64,000 nucleotides of DNA from a virus, in IMG/VR virus record IMGVR_UViG_3300017971_000214, positions 62,261 through 126,260 of that record; one strand, written 5' to 3'. Made by a program: the position numbers and the translations under genes. Each line of letters starts with the position of its first letter. Position 1 is the stretch's first letter. This document shows, piece by piece, positions 46,613-56,111 of the stretch. Under the pieces are notes generated by a model. That model ran no database searches. It was not told where the DNA came from and was given only the letters and a program-made list of their open reading frames with translations.

Positions 46613-47548
46613 ATGAATCGCTATATCCCCCTCGAAGAGATCAAGAAGCTGACGGCAGGCAGCTACGAGCATGTCATCGCCGTTGTCGAGAAGGTCGTAC
46701 AGGAGAACTCAGAGGGGATCTTCGGGAAGGCGATCGGAGTTCGGTTGCTAGGAACCTTTCCTGGGTTCGCCATTGCTCTTTCTGAGGAAGGGAGTTTGGC
46801 GAGGATCCAGTTCGAGCGATCTGACGACGGCTCCGTTCGTATCTCGAAGCACGAGGAGCTGGAGCTTCCGAGCTTCGAGAAAGATCGTCTGGAGGACTAC
46901 GCTCGAAGTCAAGTGCGCCAGGCAGTGGAGGCTTGGCACGCCGGGCGCGTGGAAGAGGCTCGTCAGATTCTAGCCGCGGTGTCGCCTTACATCGGGGAGA
47001 AGCTGCCCCGGTCTCAGGACGAGGACGTGGTGGAGTCGTTGGTGTCAGCTTTCCAGGCCGAGCGGCCATGGAAGCAGATGTTCAAGGAGAGATCCGAGAA
47101 CTTCCGCAAGGCGCTGGCGGCTGAGGAGCTGACGCGGTTGGACGAGTCGCGAATGGAAAAGAAGTTCGCGGCGCTGTACAACGGCACGATCTCGGAGGAC
47201 CGAATGGCTCGGTACGACGAGGTTGTGAGATCAGACCTCGCTTACCTCACGGCCCGAGTAGAGTCGCTAAGAGATCTTGCTTCGTCCAGTTACGAGGCCC
47301 TAAGATCTGTGATAAGGTCCGAGGACTTGGCGGAGGCCGCGGTCTCCACCTTGGCCTTGTTCGCCGAAGATCTTGTTTCCGATCTCCGAAGACTTCACAC
47401 CGTGATCACTGAGTCAGCGAGAAAGCTAACCAGGACCGATTGCCTCGGCAAACTGTACGACGTCGTAGCCGAGGGGATGTACGAATACGAGATCGCCGGC
47501 CGTTTCGTTTCGGCCATGTCGACGAGACTTTGCGAAGCCAGCACCTAG
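46613..47548 (+). CDS. hypothetical head-module protein
   Basis: lies between portal and protease; helical; several L-x-E motifs. Confidence 0.6.
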   Translation: MNRYIPLEEIKKLTAGSYEHVIAVVEKVVQENSEGIFGKAIGVRLLGTFPGFAIALSEEGSLARIQFERSDDGSVRISKHEELELPSFEKDRLEDYARSQVRQAVEAWHAGRVEEARQILAAVSPYIGEKLPRSQDEDVVESLVSAFQAERPWKQMFKERSENFRKALAAEELTRLDESRMEKKFAALYNGTISEDRMARYDEVVRSDLAYLTARVESLRDLASSSYEALRSVIRSEDLAEAAVSTLALFAEDLVSDLRRLHTVITESARKLTRTDCLGKLYDVVAEGMYEYEIAGRFVSAMSTRLCEAST

Positions 47549-47558
47549 GAGAACGAAG

Positions 47559-48953
47559 ATGGCACTCAGGCACCCTGTTGTGATCACCCCGCTGGAAGAA
47601 GATCTGAAGAGGATCGGTCTCCTACGGGAGCAAGACGATGAAGAGCCCGCCCCCGAGCCCGATCCCGAGGGCGGCTACGCCGAGATGGGCGACGAGACTC
47701 CGGAAGACGAGCCGGACAAGCCCATGGGTGAGCAGGCTGATGACGAAGAGCCTGCGCCTGAGCCTGACCCCGAGGGCGGCTATGCCACCGAGGAAGAGGG
47801 AGAGGACGACGAGGACGACGAGGACGCCGCCGTGGAGGCCATCGGCACGTTGGCGGGCCACTTCCTCGCGCAGCATCAGGCGATCGGCCCGAAGCCTGCC
47901 GGCGCCGTGGCTGAGGGCAAGCCCGCGCAGCGCGGTCGCCCCCTGCACGAGTCCAAGGCGCAGAGGGTGCAGCGTCTCGCGACGGGCAACCTGTTCGGTG
48001 GTTCTCCGAAGCGCGCTCCCGAGCCCACCAATCGGGTGACGGCTCTGCTGGAGGAAGTTTCCGACATCGTCGGTGACATCCACCGCTCTCGCAAGGAGGA
48101 GCAGATCAAGGGCTTCGCGAACATCGCCGTGATTGCCGACACGCTGGCCTCGCGGTTCAGTGATTGGGGCATGGCGCTGAGCGAGGGCAACCTCTACCGC
48201 GTCGGCGCCATGATGAAGAAGCTCTCCGAGCAGTCGGCCGACATGGCCGTCAAGCTCGACACTCCTCCGGGTGAAGAAGACCCCGAGATGGAGATGGACG
48301 AGCCTCCGATGGACGACGAGCCCGAAGATGCCGCCGCCATGGAGCAGGAAGGTGGCGACGACGCGAAGGTCGATGAGCTGTTCAAGAAGTTCATGGCCAA
48401 GCTGCTCGACGCGCTGCAGCTCTACAACGACGTGACCGGCAAGTCCGAGAGCGACGAAGAGCTTCCTGGCGACGACAAGGAAGACAGCGTGGACGACGCC
48501 GACATGGACGACGACGATGACGCGGCCGAGAACGACCCCGAGATCGACGACGCCGACATGGGCGAGATGGACGACGAGCCCGCGCTCGACGACGAGCCCG
48601 ACGACCCCGACATGGAGTCCGGCGAGATCCCTCCGGGCATCAAGACCTCCGAGACCGACCCTGAGGGGGACGATGACGAGGACGAAGAACCCATGGGCGA
48701 GCAGGAAGGCGATGACGAGGAAGGCGATGACGAGGGAGGCGACGAGAAGGACCCTCCCTACGGCGTGGGTGCCGAGGAGTCAGCCATTTCCGAGGCCCGC
48801 AAGCGCCTGACGGCGATGAAGAAGAAGCTCACGGCCAAGAAGAAGGGCAAAGGCAAGAAGGTCCTGAAGGGTGGCAAGGGCAAGCTGCAGGACGGACTCC
48901 CTTTCGTGCACACGACGAAGGGCAAGCCGGGGGCGAAGAAGAAGAGGAAGTAG
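47559..48953 (+). CDS. highly acidic prohead core/scaffold-like protein with a Lys-rich tail
   Basis: Asp/Glu-rich, duplicated DEEPAPEPDPEGGYA, position equivalent to T4 gp67/68; AGGAG RBS. Confidence 0.65.
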   Translation: MALRHPVVITPLEEDLKRIGLLREQDDEEPAPEPDPEGGYAEMGDETPEDEPDKPMGEQADDEEPAPEPDPEGGYATEEEGEDDEDDEDAAVEAIGTLAGHFLAQHQAIGPKPAGAVAEGKPAQRGRPLHESKAQRVQRLATGNLFGGSPKRAPEPTNRVTALLEEVSDIVGDIHRSRKEEQIKGFANIAVIADTLASRFSDWGMALSEGNLYRVGAMMKKLSEQSADMAVKLDTPPGEEDPEMEMDEPPMDDEPEDAAAMEQEGGDDAKVDELFKKFMAKLLDALQLYNDVTGKSESDEELPGDDKEDSVDDADMDDDDDAAENDPEIDDADMGEMDDEPALDDEPDDPDMESGEIPPGIKTSETDPEGDDDEDEEPMGEQEGDDEEGDDEGGDEKDPPYGVGAEESAISEARKRLTAMKKKLTAKKKGKGKKVLKGGKGKLQDGLPFVHTTKGKPGAKKKRK

Positions 48954-49135
48954 ATGAAGCCTGGCGTGCTCGCCGGACTGCGTACCGGTCGGGCCGCCTG
49001 GAGCTGATAGGCTTCGAGAAGGACGTCAAAGATCCGCCGAACAAGAGGAAGCACCGACTGACCAAGGGACTGAGGAACCGCTCCGCGATTTGGGCCACCC
49101 CTTTCCGGAGCAACTTTCGCTGGCGAGTTCACTGA
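48899..49135 (+). other. start-less 76-codon frame reachable by -1 frameshift at C_CCT_TTC
   Basis: heptamer 48899-48905 is in phase; -1 frame is open to a TGA overlapping the protease ATG; GC3-rich codons. Confidence 0.55.
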
Positions 49136-50745
49136 TGCGCATCGAGCTGACAGAAGAAGCACAACCCGGACCGGGCCAGACGTGGCTGGTGGACTCCCTT
49201 CCCATCGCTCTCCAATTGGTGGAAGATGGCACGGACGGCGGCCGAGTCGTCGTCCGTGGGGAGTTTGCCAGGTCGGGTCAGGCGACCGAGAACAAGCGCA
49301 TCTACCCCGAGTCGTTGTGGGAGAGGGAGGTTCGACGTCTCGCTCCCATGATGACGGAGAAGAAGCTCTTCGGTGAGTTGGACCACCCCAACGACGGGCG
49401 GACCCAACTCACTCGGGTGTCTCACATCGTTACCGGGATGTCGATCACCGACTCCGGGCACGTGATGGGGGAGGCTGAGGTTCTTGACACTGCGCGTGGC
49501 AAGGATCTCAAAGCGATGCTGAAGGCTGGCTGCAAGGTCGGTGTCAGCTCTCGGGGCTACGGATCCACGCGCACCAACGACAAGGGCGAGGAAGTGGTCC
49601 AGGAAGACTACAACCTCGTGACTTTCGATTTCGTTGCCGAACCGGCAGACAGCACTGCGTACCCTGACGTATTCAGCGAGGACAAGGAGACGGGCATGGG
49701 CACTCAAGCTCAGAGGGAAGACGACCAGGCCAAGGCCAAGGCATTCGCTGCCAAGGTGGAGCAGGAAGCGCAGGCGCAAGCCGGGGCTGAGGACTTGAAG
49801 AGGCAGTTCGAGCAGGACATCCTGGCGAATCTCGGCAAACTCTCCGCGGAGCAGCGAGAGAAGATCAAGTCCGAGATGATGTCGGACCCGGCGGTGGCCG
49901 GGGCGAAGGACGTCGTCGAGAAGATCATTGGCTTGCTGAAGCCTTTCCTCTCCGAGAAGTGTGAGGGGGAGGACGGCGACGACGAAGAAGGCGGCGAGGA
50001 GATCGAGTCCCTTCGGAAGCAGGTCAAGGAGCAGGAGCTGAAGCTCGCCGAGGCACATCAGGAGATCGAGCAGCTGTCGGGCCTGGCGCGCGAGGCGGGA
50101 TACAAGTTCTACCTGGAGAGGGCGCTGTCGGAGAACCCGGACCGCCCCCTGGTGATGAAGCTCATCGGCGATCTCAAGCAGTACGAGAACGCGGACGCGC
50201 TGAAGTCGAAGCTGGAGGGCATCCTCGGCGAGATGAAGGCGCGACGCGAGGAAGAGGCTGCCAGGCAAGCCGAGGTCGAGCAGCGGGAAGAGGAGATCCG
50301 CAAGGCTGCCGAGGCAGAGCGGAGCCGGTCGCAGCAGGTGGAGTCCGAGCTGAAGGACAACGTCAACAAGCTGACCGAGGCGCTGGAGAAGGCGTTGGAG
50401 GCGAACAAGGTCATGGGCCTTCAGCTCTACGCCGAGCAGCGCTTGGCCGGGCATCCTCAGAAGAAGACCATCATGCGTCTGGTCGAAGCCGCGGGGGCTG
50501 AGACCAAAGATCAGGTGGAAGAGATCATTGCAGAGAACCGCGAGGTCCCCCGCGACACCGACGACTTGGAGTCCATTCGGGCTCGGGTGCGTCGTGTGAC
50601 GCAAGGCGGGCGCGGCTCTACCCCCGCAGAGGAAGAGACTCCTAGGCCGGCCGCGCGTCGTGCACTGCAGGAGGACAACTACAACGGGCTCGGGGTGGAC
50701 ATCAGCACTCTGCAGCAGCTTTCGGGCATGCGTAGGGACAACTGA
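49135..50745 (+). CDS. prohead protease (T4 gp21-like) fused to a coiled-coil scaffold (gp22-like)
   Basis: NKRIYP, GELDHP, VSHIV, GVSSRGYGS, FDFVAEP; long coiled-coil C-terminal half. Confidence 0.9.
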   Translation: MRIELTEEAQPGPGQTWLVDSLPIALQLVEDGTDGGRVVVRGEFARSGQATENKRIYPESLWEREVRRLAPMMTEKKLFGELDHPNDGRTQLTRVSHIVTGMSITDSGHVMGEAEVLDTARGKDLKAMLKAGCKVGVSSRGYGSTRTNDKGEEVVQEDYNLVTFDFVAEPADSTAYPDVFSEDKETGMGTQAQREDDQAKAKAFAAKVEQEAQAQAGAEDLKRQFEQDILANLGKLSAEQREKIKSEMMSDPAVAGAKDVVEKIIGLLKPFLSEKCEGEDGDDEEGGEEIESLRKQVKEQELKLAEAHQEIEQLSGLAREAGYKFYLERALSENPDRPLVMKLIGDLKQYENADALKSKLEGILGEMKARREEEAARQAEVEQREEEIRKAAEAERSRSQQVESELKDNVNKLTEALEKALEANKVMGLQLYAEQRLAGHPQKKTIMRLVEAAGAETKDQVEEIIAENREVPRDTDDLESIRARVRRVTQGGRGSTPAEEETPRPAARRALQEDNYNGLGVDISTLQQLSGMRRDN

Positions 50746-50793
50746 GGTCGACGGACGGGCACAGCGAGAACGAGAGATACCAAGGAGATAACA

Positions 50794-52293
50794 ATGGGCA
50801 CCGAAGCTCGACAGATCCTCAACGAAGACGCGCGGCGAACCGTGGCCGACAAGAGCTACGTCGGCGCGCTGGTACGGAAGTGGCGGGAGTTCCTGGAGGG
50901 ACTTCCGGAGCGCACCGAGCAAGACCGCTACACGCTCGGCGTCACGGCCGTTCTCATGGAGAACGAGTCGCAGTACCTGCAGAACCTCAACGAAGAGACG
51001 CGGACGGTCAACGTCGGCAGCTTCACGAAGTTCATCTTTCCGGTTCTGCGCCGCGTTTTCCCGAACCTGATCGCCAACGAGATCGTCTCGGTTCAGCCGA
51101 TGACGGCTCCGGTCGGTGCGGTCTTCTTCCTGGACTACGTCTACGGCACCACCAAGGGTGCGACGACGGCCGGCAACCTCTTCCCCCGCGATTTCGATCG
51201 CGACTACTCCTCGGAGTACATCAACGGGGAGGCGCTGGTCACCGGCGACGCCACCAACTACGGTGGTGGTGGAACCGCTCTGACGGCGACCCTGGCGTTC
51301 ACGCCGGTTCGTCCGCTGGATGCCTCTCGGGGCTACAGCGTGGTCGTCAGCGAGATCAACGCGACCACGGGCGCGGTCGTTCAGACGGCGACCGATGACG
51401 GCGCGGGTGGCTTCACCGGTGCGGTCTCGGCCGGAACGATCAACTACTCGAACGGCGCCATCACCGGCTTCCTGTTCACCAACCCGCCCGCCACGGGCAA
51501 TCAGGTCAAGGCGTACTACTACTACGACGGCGAGCTGAACACCCAGGTTCCGCAGATCAACCTGGATGTCAAGAAGGCTCCCGTCGAGGCAGTGCCGCGG
51601 CGTCTGAAGGCTCTGTGGTCCGCCGAGGCCGCGGAAGACCTCCGCGCTTTCCACGGCGTCGATGCCGAGACCGAGATGGTCTCCGCCATCGCGCAGGAGA
51701 TCGCACTGGAGATCGACCGCGAGATCATCCAGCAGCTGTTCGCGTCCTCCACAGGCACGACCGGCACGTTCGACCGGGTTCCCCCGGCCGGCATCAACGA
51801 GCTGGATCACCTGCGGGCGCTGATCACCACGATCAGCACCGTGTCCAACCTCATCCACAAGAAGACGCTGCGCGCGCCGGCCAACTGGATCGTCACCTCC
51901 CCCGAGGTCTCGGCCCTGCTGACCCAGCTCACCACGCACGGCGACTTCCGACCGCTGTGGGTCTCGGGCGGCGAGAGCCCCTACGGCCCGGTGGACGCAC
52001 CGCGTCCGCTCACGCAGCACGGGCAGTTCTCGATCTACAAGGTCGGGACGCTCATGAACAAGTGGCTCGTGTACGAGGATCCATTCTTCACCTCTGACCA
52101 GATGCTCATCGGCCTGAAGGGCGCGAGCTACCTGGACAGCGGTTTCGTGTGGGCTCCCTACATCCCGCTGCAGGTCACCCCGACCTTCCTCGATCCGAAC
52201 GACTTCTCGTTCCGCAAGGGTCTCCGCACGCGCTACGCGTCGAAGATGCTGCGCAGCGAGTTCTACGGATCCGTCAGGATTCAGAACCTCTGA
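50794..52293 (+). CDS. major capsid protein, T4 gp23-like
   Basis: VQPMTAPVG, RRLKALWS.EAAEDLRAFHGVDAE, EIDREII, WAPYIPL, GLRTRY. Confidence 0.95.
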   Translation: MGTEARQILNEDARRTVADKSYVGALVRKWREFLEGLPERTEQDRYTLGVTAVLMENESQYLQNLNEETRTVNVGSFTKFIFPVLRRVFPNLIANEIVSVQPMTAPVGAVFFLDYVYGTTKGATTAGNLFPRDFDRDYSSEYINGEALVTGDATNYGGGGTALTATLAFTPVRPLDASRGYSVVVSEINATTGAVVQTATDDGAGGFTGAVSAGTINYSNGAITGFLFTNPPATGNQVKAYYYYDGELNTQVPQINLDVKKAPVEAVPRRLKALWSAEAAEDLRAFHGVDAETEMVSAIAQEIALEIDREIIQQLFASSTGTTGTFDRVPPAGINELDHLRALITTISTVSNLIHKKTLRAPANWIVTSPEVSALLTQLTTHGDFRPLWVSGGESPYGPVDAPRPLTQHGQFSIYKVGTLMNKWLVYEDPFFTSDQMLIGLKGASYLDSGFVWAPYIPLQVTPTFLDPNDFSFRKGLRTRYASKMLRSEFYGSVRIQNL

Positions 52294-52315
52294 GTCCCCT
52301 TCCTCGTTCTCGCCG

Positions 52316-52360
52316 CAAGGCCCCTCATCCCCGCTGCGGGGTGGGGGGCTTTGTGTTATT
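52316..52360 (+). terminator. intrinsic terminator after the capsid gene
   Basis: CAAGGCCCCTCATCCCCGC / GCGGGGTGGGGGGCTTTG followed by TGTTATT. Confidence 0.7.
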
Positions 52361-52402
52361 CATGCATACGTCCATGTGGACGTATGAATGGACGGAGGGA
52401 CC

Positions 52403-52789
52403 ATGAAAGGCGCAGCGCTGCAGATCGAAAGCGAGCTGGCTAGTTTGGGAATGGACGACGAGGAGCCGCCGGTGGAGCCGGATATTCCGCCCGAGGCCGC
52501 GGACGAGCCTGTAGGGGTAGACGACCCCGCAGACGAGCCGGACGACACCGACCGCGAGCACGCCGCCAAGACGGCTCAGGCCCTAGCGCGAGCTGTCGAT
52601 CAGATGGCCGCGTCGTTCGAACAGGTGCGGCAGGCCGCCCACGCGCTCTGTGAGGCGCTGGAGCCTCGGCCGAACGCCCTGGTGGAAGAGGATGCCGATG
52701 CGGGGGAGGACCCCGAGGTCTCGGTCACAGTGGACGGTGGTGAGCAAGAGAAGGACGGTGAGGAAGATGATGGCGAGGAAGCGGTTTAG
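52403..52789 (+). CDS. hypothetical acidic protein
   Basis: GGAGGG RBS. Confidence 0.6.
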   Translation: MKGAALQIESELASLGMDDEEPPVEPDIPPEAADEPVGVDDPADEPDDTDREHAAKTAQALARAVDQMAASFEQVRQAAHALCEALEPRPNALVEEDADAGEDPEVSVTVDGGEQEKDGEEDDGEEAV

Positions 52790-53204
52790 GTTCCGGAAGC
52801 GCGCGGACAAGGATCTCGTGTTCCTTCCCGGCGTGGGGCGGGTAGCCCCAGGTCAGATCTTGGAAGGCCCCGAGTTCAAGCAGTTCTGCCCCGAGCTGCT
52901 GGAGAGGATCGAAGACCCCGGCGACAACGGGGCCGCTAAGGCCCCTGAGAGCCCCGTGAAGGCCGCCGAGGAGATCAAGGAGCCCGAGCCCCCTCGGGAG
53001 CCAGAAGTGGCTTCTGAGCCCCCACCAGCCCCCGTAGGACCCTCCGTGGTGGAGTCCCCCGAGGATTTCGAGGAGCCGGAGCCTGTGGGGGAGGTTGAGG
53101 AGCAGTCAGATCTCTCCGAGTCCGCGGAGTCCGAGACTGCAGGTCAGACCTCGGCTAAAATGAAGAGGCGAGCTGCAGCTCGCAGGAAGCGGAGGACGAC
53201 ATGA
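52767..53204 (+). CDS. hypothetical protein, basic ends with an acidic Pro-rich middle
   Basis: GAGG RBS; ATGA coupling downstream. Confidence 0.55.
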   Translation: MMARKRFRFRKRADKDLVFLPGVGRVAPGQILEGPEFKQFCPELLERIEDPGDNGAAKAPESPVKAAEEIKEPEPPREPEVASEPPPAPVGPSVVESPEDFEEPEPVGEVEEQSDLSESAESETAGQTSAKMKRRAAARRKRRTT

Positions 53205-53371
53205 ACTGTCCCAAGTGCAACGCTCCAGGGCTTCTGGTCGAAGCGTCTCCGGACGGCAAGACCCAGAAGATCAGGTGCCAGAAGTGCGGTTTCACCGAGG
53301 TGAAGGATCATCAGGGCAGGAAGCTGCTCACCGAGGTAGTTCCTCACCCCCAGACGCCGATCTACGGCTGA
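53201..53371 (+). CDS. small Zn-ribbon protein, 56 aa (below the ORF track cut-off)
   Basis: MNCPKCNAPG...IRCQKCGFTEVKD..; GGAGG RBS. Confidence 0.7.
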   Translation: MNCPKCNAPGLLVEASPDGKTQKIRCQKCGFTEVKDHQGRKLLTEVVPHPQTPIYG

Positions 53372-53381
53372 GGTGTGACCA

Positions 53382-54128
53382 ATGACGGCGGAGAATCCAG
53401 CGTTCAAGTCCCAGACCAAGGACAAAGAGGCTCTTGGGAAGTGGATTCTCCGTCGCCTTGGCGCGCCCATCTGGAAGGTCGAGCTGACACAGGAGCACAT
53501 CGACGACGCCATTGAGGACGCGAAGAGATGGTTCGCCGAGAAGAAGGGGCTACTCAAGCTCGGCTCCCTCGATGTGGTGAGTGGGCAGCCTTGCTACCCG
53601 CTTCCCGACGAAGTGGACTTCATCATCGACGTGGCCTTCGAGCAGTCGCCTTCGGACATGGGAAGTATCTTCTCTCCCTTTCTGCTGATGGAGGAAGAGA
53701 TCCCCTACGATGTGTTTGCGGCTCCGCAGAGCCTCGGTCTCTACTCGACCTACGTTCAGTCCCTATCGTACATCGAGATGGCGCAGCGTATCACCGGGTC
53801 GGAGATGGAGTGGTGGCAGCAGAACCGTCATCTCTACGTTGCCCCCACCCCGGCGAACAGCAAGAAGATCATCTACGTGTACAAGACCTCCGTGTTTGCT
53901 ATCGACCAGCTGTCGGAGCGCGACCACAACTTCATCAAGAAGTACGCGCTGGCGTGCGCCAAGCGGGACCTCGGTCGCATCCGTTCCAAGTACGATGGGT
54001 TTCAGGGGGCGCAGGGGCAGCAGTCGATGGATGGATCTGTGCTTCTAGACGAGGCACGAGACGCCATCGAGAAGTTGGATGAAGAGATCATCCTCGCTGG
54101 CTATCCAATGCTTTTTCTCACTGGCTGA
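53382..54128 (+). CDS. neck/head-completion protein, T4 gp13-like
   Basis: WILRRLGAPIWKVELTQEHIDDAIEDA, KKYALA.AK..LGRIRSKY. Confidence 0.85.
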   Translation: MTAENPAFKSQTKDKEALGKWILRRLGAPIWKVELTQEHIDDAIEDAKRWFAEKKGLLKLGSLDVVSGQPCYPLPDEVDFIIDVAFEQSPSDMGSIFSPFLLMEEEIPYDVFAAPQSLGLYSTYVQSLSYIEMAQRITGSEMEWWQQNRHLYVAPTPANSKKIIYVYKTSVFAIDQLSERDHNFIKKYALACAKRDLGRIRSKYDGFQGAQGQQSMDGSVLLDEARDAIEKLDEEIILAGYPMLFLTG

Positions 54129-54157
54129 ACTTTCAAAAGCATGGGATGACCTAGGTA

Positions 54158-54745
54158 ATGGCCATCAACACCAGCAAGAAGGTAGAGCCCATCCGTCTCG
54201 ACACGAGGCGGAAGGTAGAGCCCGCTGGTGAGTTCGACCTAGAGAGCGAGAACGACGAGCTACAGTCGATTTGGGCTCAGGAGCAGGTGCAGGGTGGAGG
54301 GACAACGGTAGACTATTGGGGGGAGGATCTACAGGGCTCCACATTGGATCCTGTCTACAACGAGCCCTCCGAGCGGAACTGGTTTGGGCCGTACCGTTTC
54401 AAGGCTTTCGTGGAGTTTCCTCCACAGACTTTCGAGGTTCGCGAAGAGGGGAATGCGATCTCTTGGGAAGCTATGATGTGGATTCCTCGGCGCGCCGTAG
54501 AGGACGCCGAAATGCCAGCGTCTCCCAAGGAGGGGGATGTCGTGAGGATCTGGCAGATACCTCACTTCGACAACTTCTCTCAGGGGGCGGACACGAACAT
54601 TCCGGGGGCCGGTTACTATTTCGATGTGATCGGGGTGGAAGAGGACGGACATGTGCACGACAACGCCGAGTTCACCGGGTTCTCGTGCACCATCAAGCGG
54701 CGCACGTGGTTCACTCCAGAGCGTCGTGTGTTGAACGAGACGTAG
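54158..54745 (+). CDS. neck/head-closure protein, gp14-like
   Basis: DPVYNEP, PKEGDVV; follows the gp13-like gene. Confidence 0.65.
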   Translation: MAINTSKKVEPIRLDTRRKVEPAGEFDLESENDELQSIWAQEQVQGGGTTVDYWGEDLQGSTLDPVYNEPSERNWFGPYRFKAFVEFPPQTFEVREEGNAISWEAMMWIPRRAVEDAEMPASPKEGDVVRIWQIPHFDNFSQGADTNIPGAGYYFDVIGVEEDGHVHDNAEFTGFSCTIKRRTWFTPERRVLNET

Positions 54746-54761
54746 GCCAACTGAGGGGACT

Positions 54762-55292
54762 ATGCCGATCACTGTCGAGATGATGAAGGCGGCTTCGAAG
54801 GCGGGGCTGTCGATCGTGTGTGCGTCGTGCGAGCTGTATTGGGAGGCGCGAGACAAGGGCCTCGTGGGGGACCAGTGCCTAGCGACTAACGGTTGCGGCT
54901 CCCCGCTGGCGGGCGACTGCTTCCACGAGTACCGCGGCATCATGACGGCTGACGCCTTTCGGAAGTTCTGCTTCGTGTGCGGCGCCGACGCTACGCATCA
55001 GCTGGACCACCCGACGTGGCCGCGGGTCATTGGGGTGTGTAGGGATCATGTGGGGTGGATGAAGGACGCCCAGATGCGGCGCCCGCAGCGTCGCCCCTAC
55101 GTAGGTGCTCCGCCGAACGGCAAGAAGTTCGAGCTGCCCCCGGAGGAATCGCTCATAGGTAAGATCGTTCGAACGGAGATCGAATGGGCGAATGAAGGCG
55201 GCTACGAGTTCGACCCCAAGGAGTTCTTGAAGGGCGGCGACGCCGAGGAGAAGGATGTCGAAAGTCTCGATGAAGGTGACGCTGAAGTCTGA
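54762..55292 (+). CDS. Cys-rich hypothetical protein
   Basis: CASC, CFVC and four further Cys; GAGGGG RBS. Confidence 0.6.
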   Translation: MPITVEMMKAASKAGLSIVCASCELYWEARDKGLVGDQCLATNGCGSPLAGDCFHEYRGIMTADAFRKFCFVCGADATHQLDHPTWPRVIGVCRDHVGWMKDAQMRRPQRRPYVGAPPNGKKFELPPEESLIGKIVRTEIEWANEGGYEFDPKEFLKGGDAEEKDVESLDEGDAEV

Positions 55293-56094
55293 CGAGACGA
55301 AAGGCATCGAAAGACTGCTCCGAGAGTGGCCGGAGAGAGCAGAGAAAGCCAGAGCCCACCTTTCTTACCTCGCGGCCGAGTACGCCTACAAAGATCTGAA
55401 GCGGCGCATACCGAAGGGGAAGCACACTGCGTCGTACCGAGAAGGGATCGACTTCGCGGAGGTCAGCGGGGTGGGTGCGGGCGAAGCGGCCCATGCGATC
55501 TACGTTGACGTCAACAGCTCGAAGGTCCGCAAAGTTGACGCTCGGAAGGCCGTTCTGTATGTTCGTGCGAAGAAAAGATCGCGCCGAACTCCTCCAGAAA
55601 TCGCTATTCTGGAGCGCTTCAACCCATGGACTGCCAGCTCTCTTCCATTTCTTCCGAGCAAGAAGGACGCGTTGGTGGTTTCGCGCAAGGCGCGCAAGCG
55701 CGACGTCATCAAGATCTCCGAATCTCGGCATCGGGATCGCCCCAAGTGGGCGCCGTTGTTGCGTCGAGCTGGAGTTCGGAAGATCCGCAAAGACCACGAC
55801 ATGAAGATCCCGCGGAAGCTGCGGGCGCTTCCCGACGTGGCGCTGCAAGCGATCAAGATGGAGTTCGGGTTGGGGGCCGAGAAGCCGAAGGCCCACTGGC
55901 GCCCGTCGATCCTAGGCTTGCGGAAGAGCGGATTGCGGCGGATACTACGGGCCGAGCGAGAGCTGACGTCGGTCTTCACCAGATCGGATTTTCGGCACTG
56001 GAAGAAATGGCCCAAAAAGACCAGTCGAAAGGTTAGACTCGGGGAGGCTCGCAAGTTCGAGGCGTTCCAAAAGAAGCTCGGTGTCCGGGCTTAG
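55255..56094 (+). CDS. very basic hypothetical protein, possible virion morphogenesis protein
   Basis: Arg/Lys-rich; EFG and HWRP motifs resemble HK97 gp10-like proteins; neck context. Confidence 0.55.
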   Translation: MSKVSMKVTLKSDETKGIERLLREWPERAEKARAHLSYLAAEYAYKDLKRRIPKGKHTASYREGIDFAEVSGVGAGEAAHAIYVDVNSSKVRKVDARKAVLYVRAKKRSRRTPPEIAILERFNPWTASSLPFLPSKKDALVVSRKARKRDVIKISESRHRDRPKWAPLLRRAGVRKIRKDHDMKIPRKLRALPDVALQAIKMEFGLGAEKPKAHWRPSILGLRKSGLRRILRAERELTSVFTRSDFRHWKKWPKKTSRKVRLGEARKFEAFQKKLGVRA

Positions 56095-56111
56095 AGACGG
56101 AAGGAAGGATC

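Noticed and set aside
47634-47787. Duplicated DEEPAPEPDPEGGYA segment as a DNA-level element
   Set aside because: The copies differ at synonymous positions, so it is a protein-level repeat
48954-49007. 17-codon ORF or TAG read-through after the core gene
   Set aside because: Very short and leaves most of the gap unexplained; the -1 frame fits better
49129-52020. 963-aa minus-strand ORF
   Set aside because: Antisense shadow of the protease and capsid genes caused by strong GC3 codon bias; no motifs
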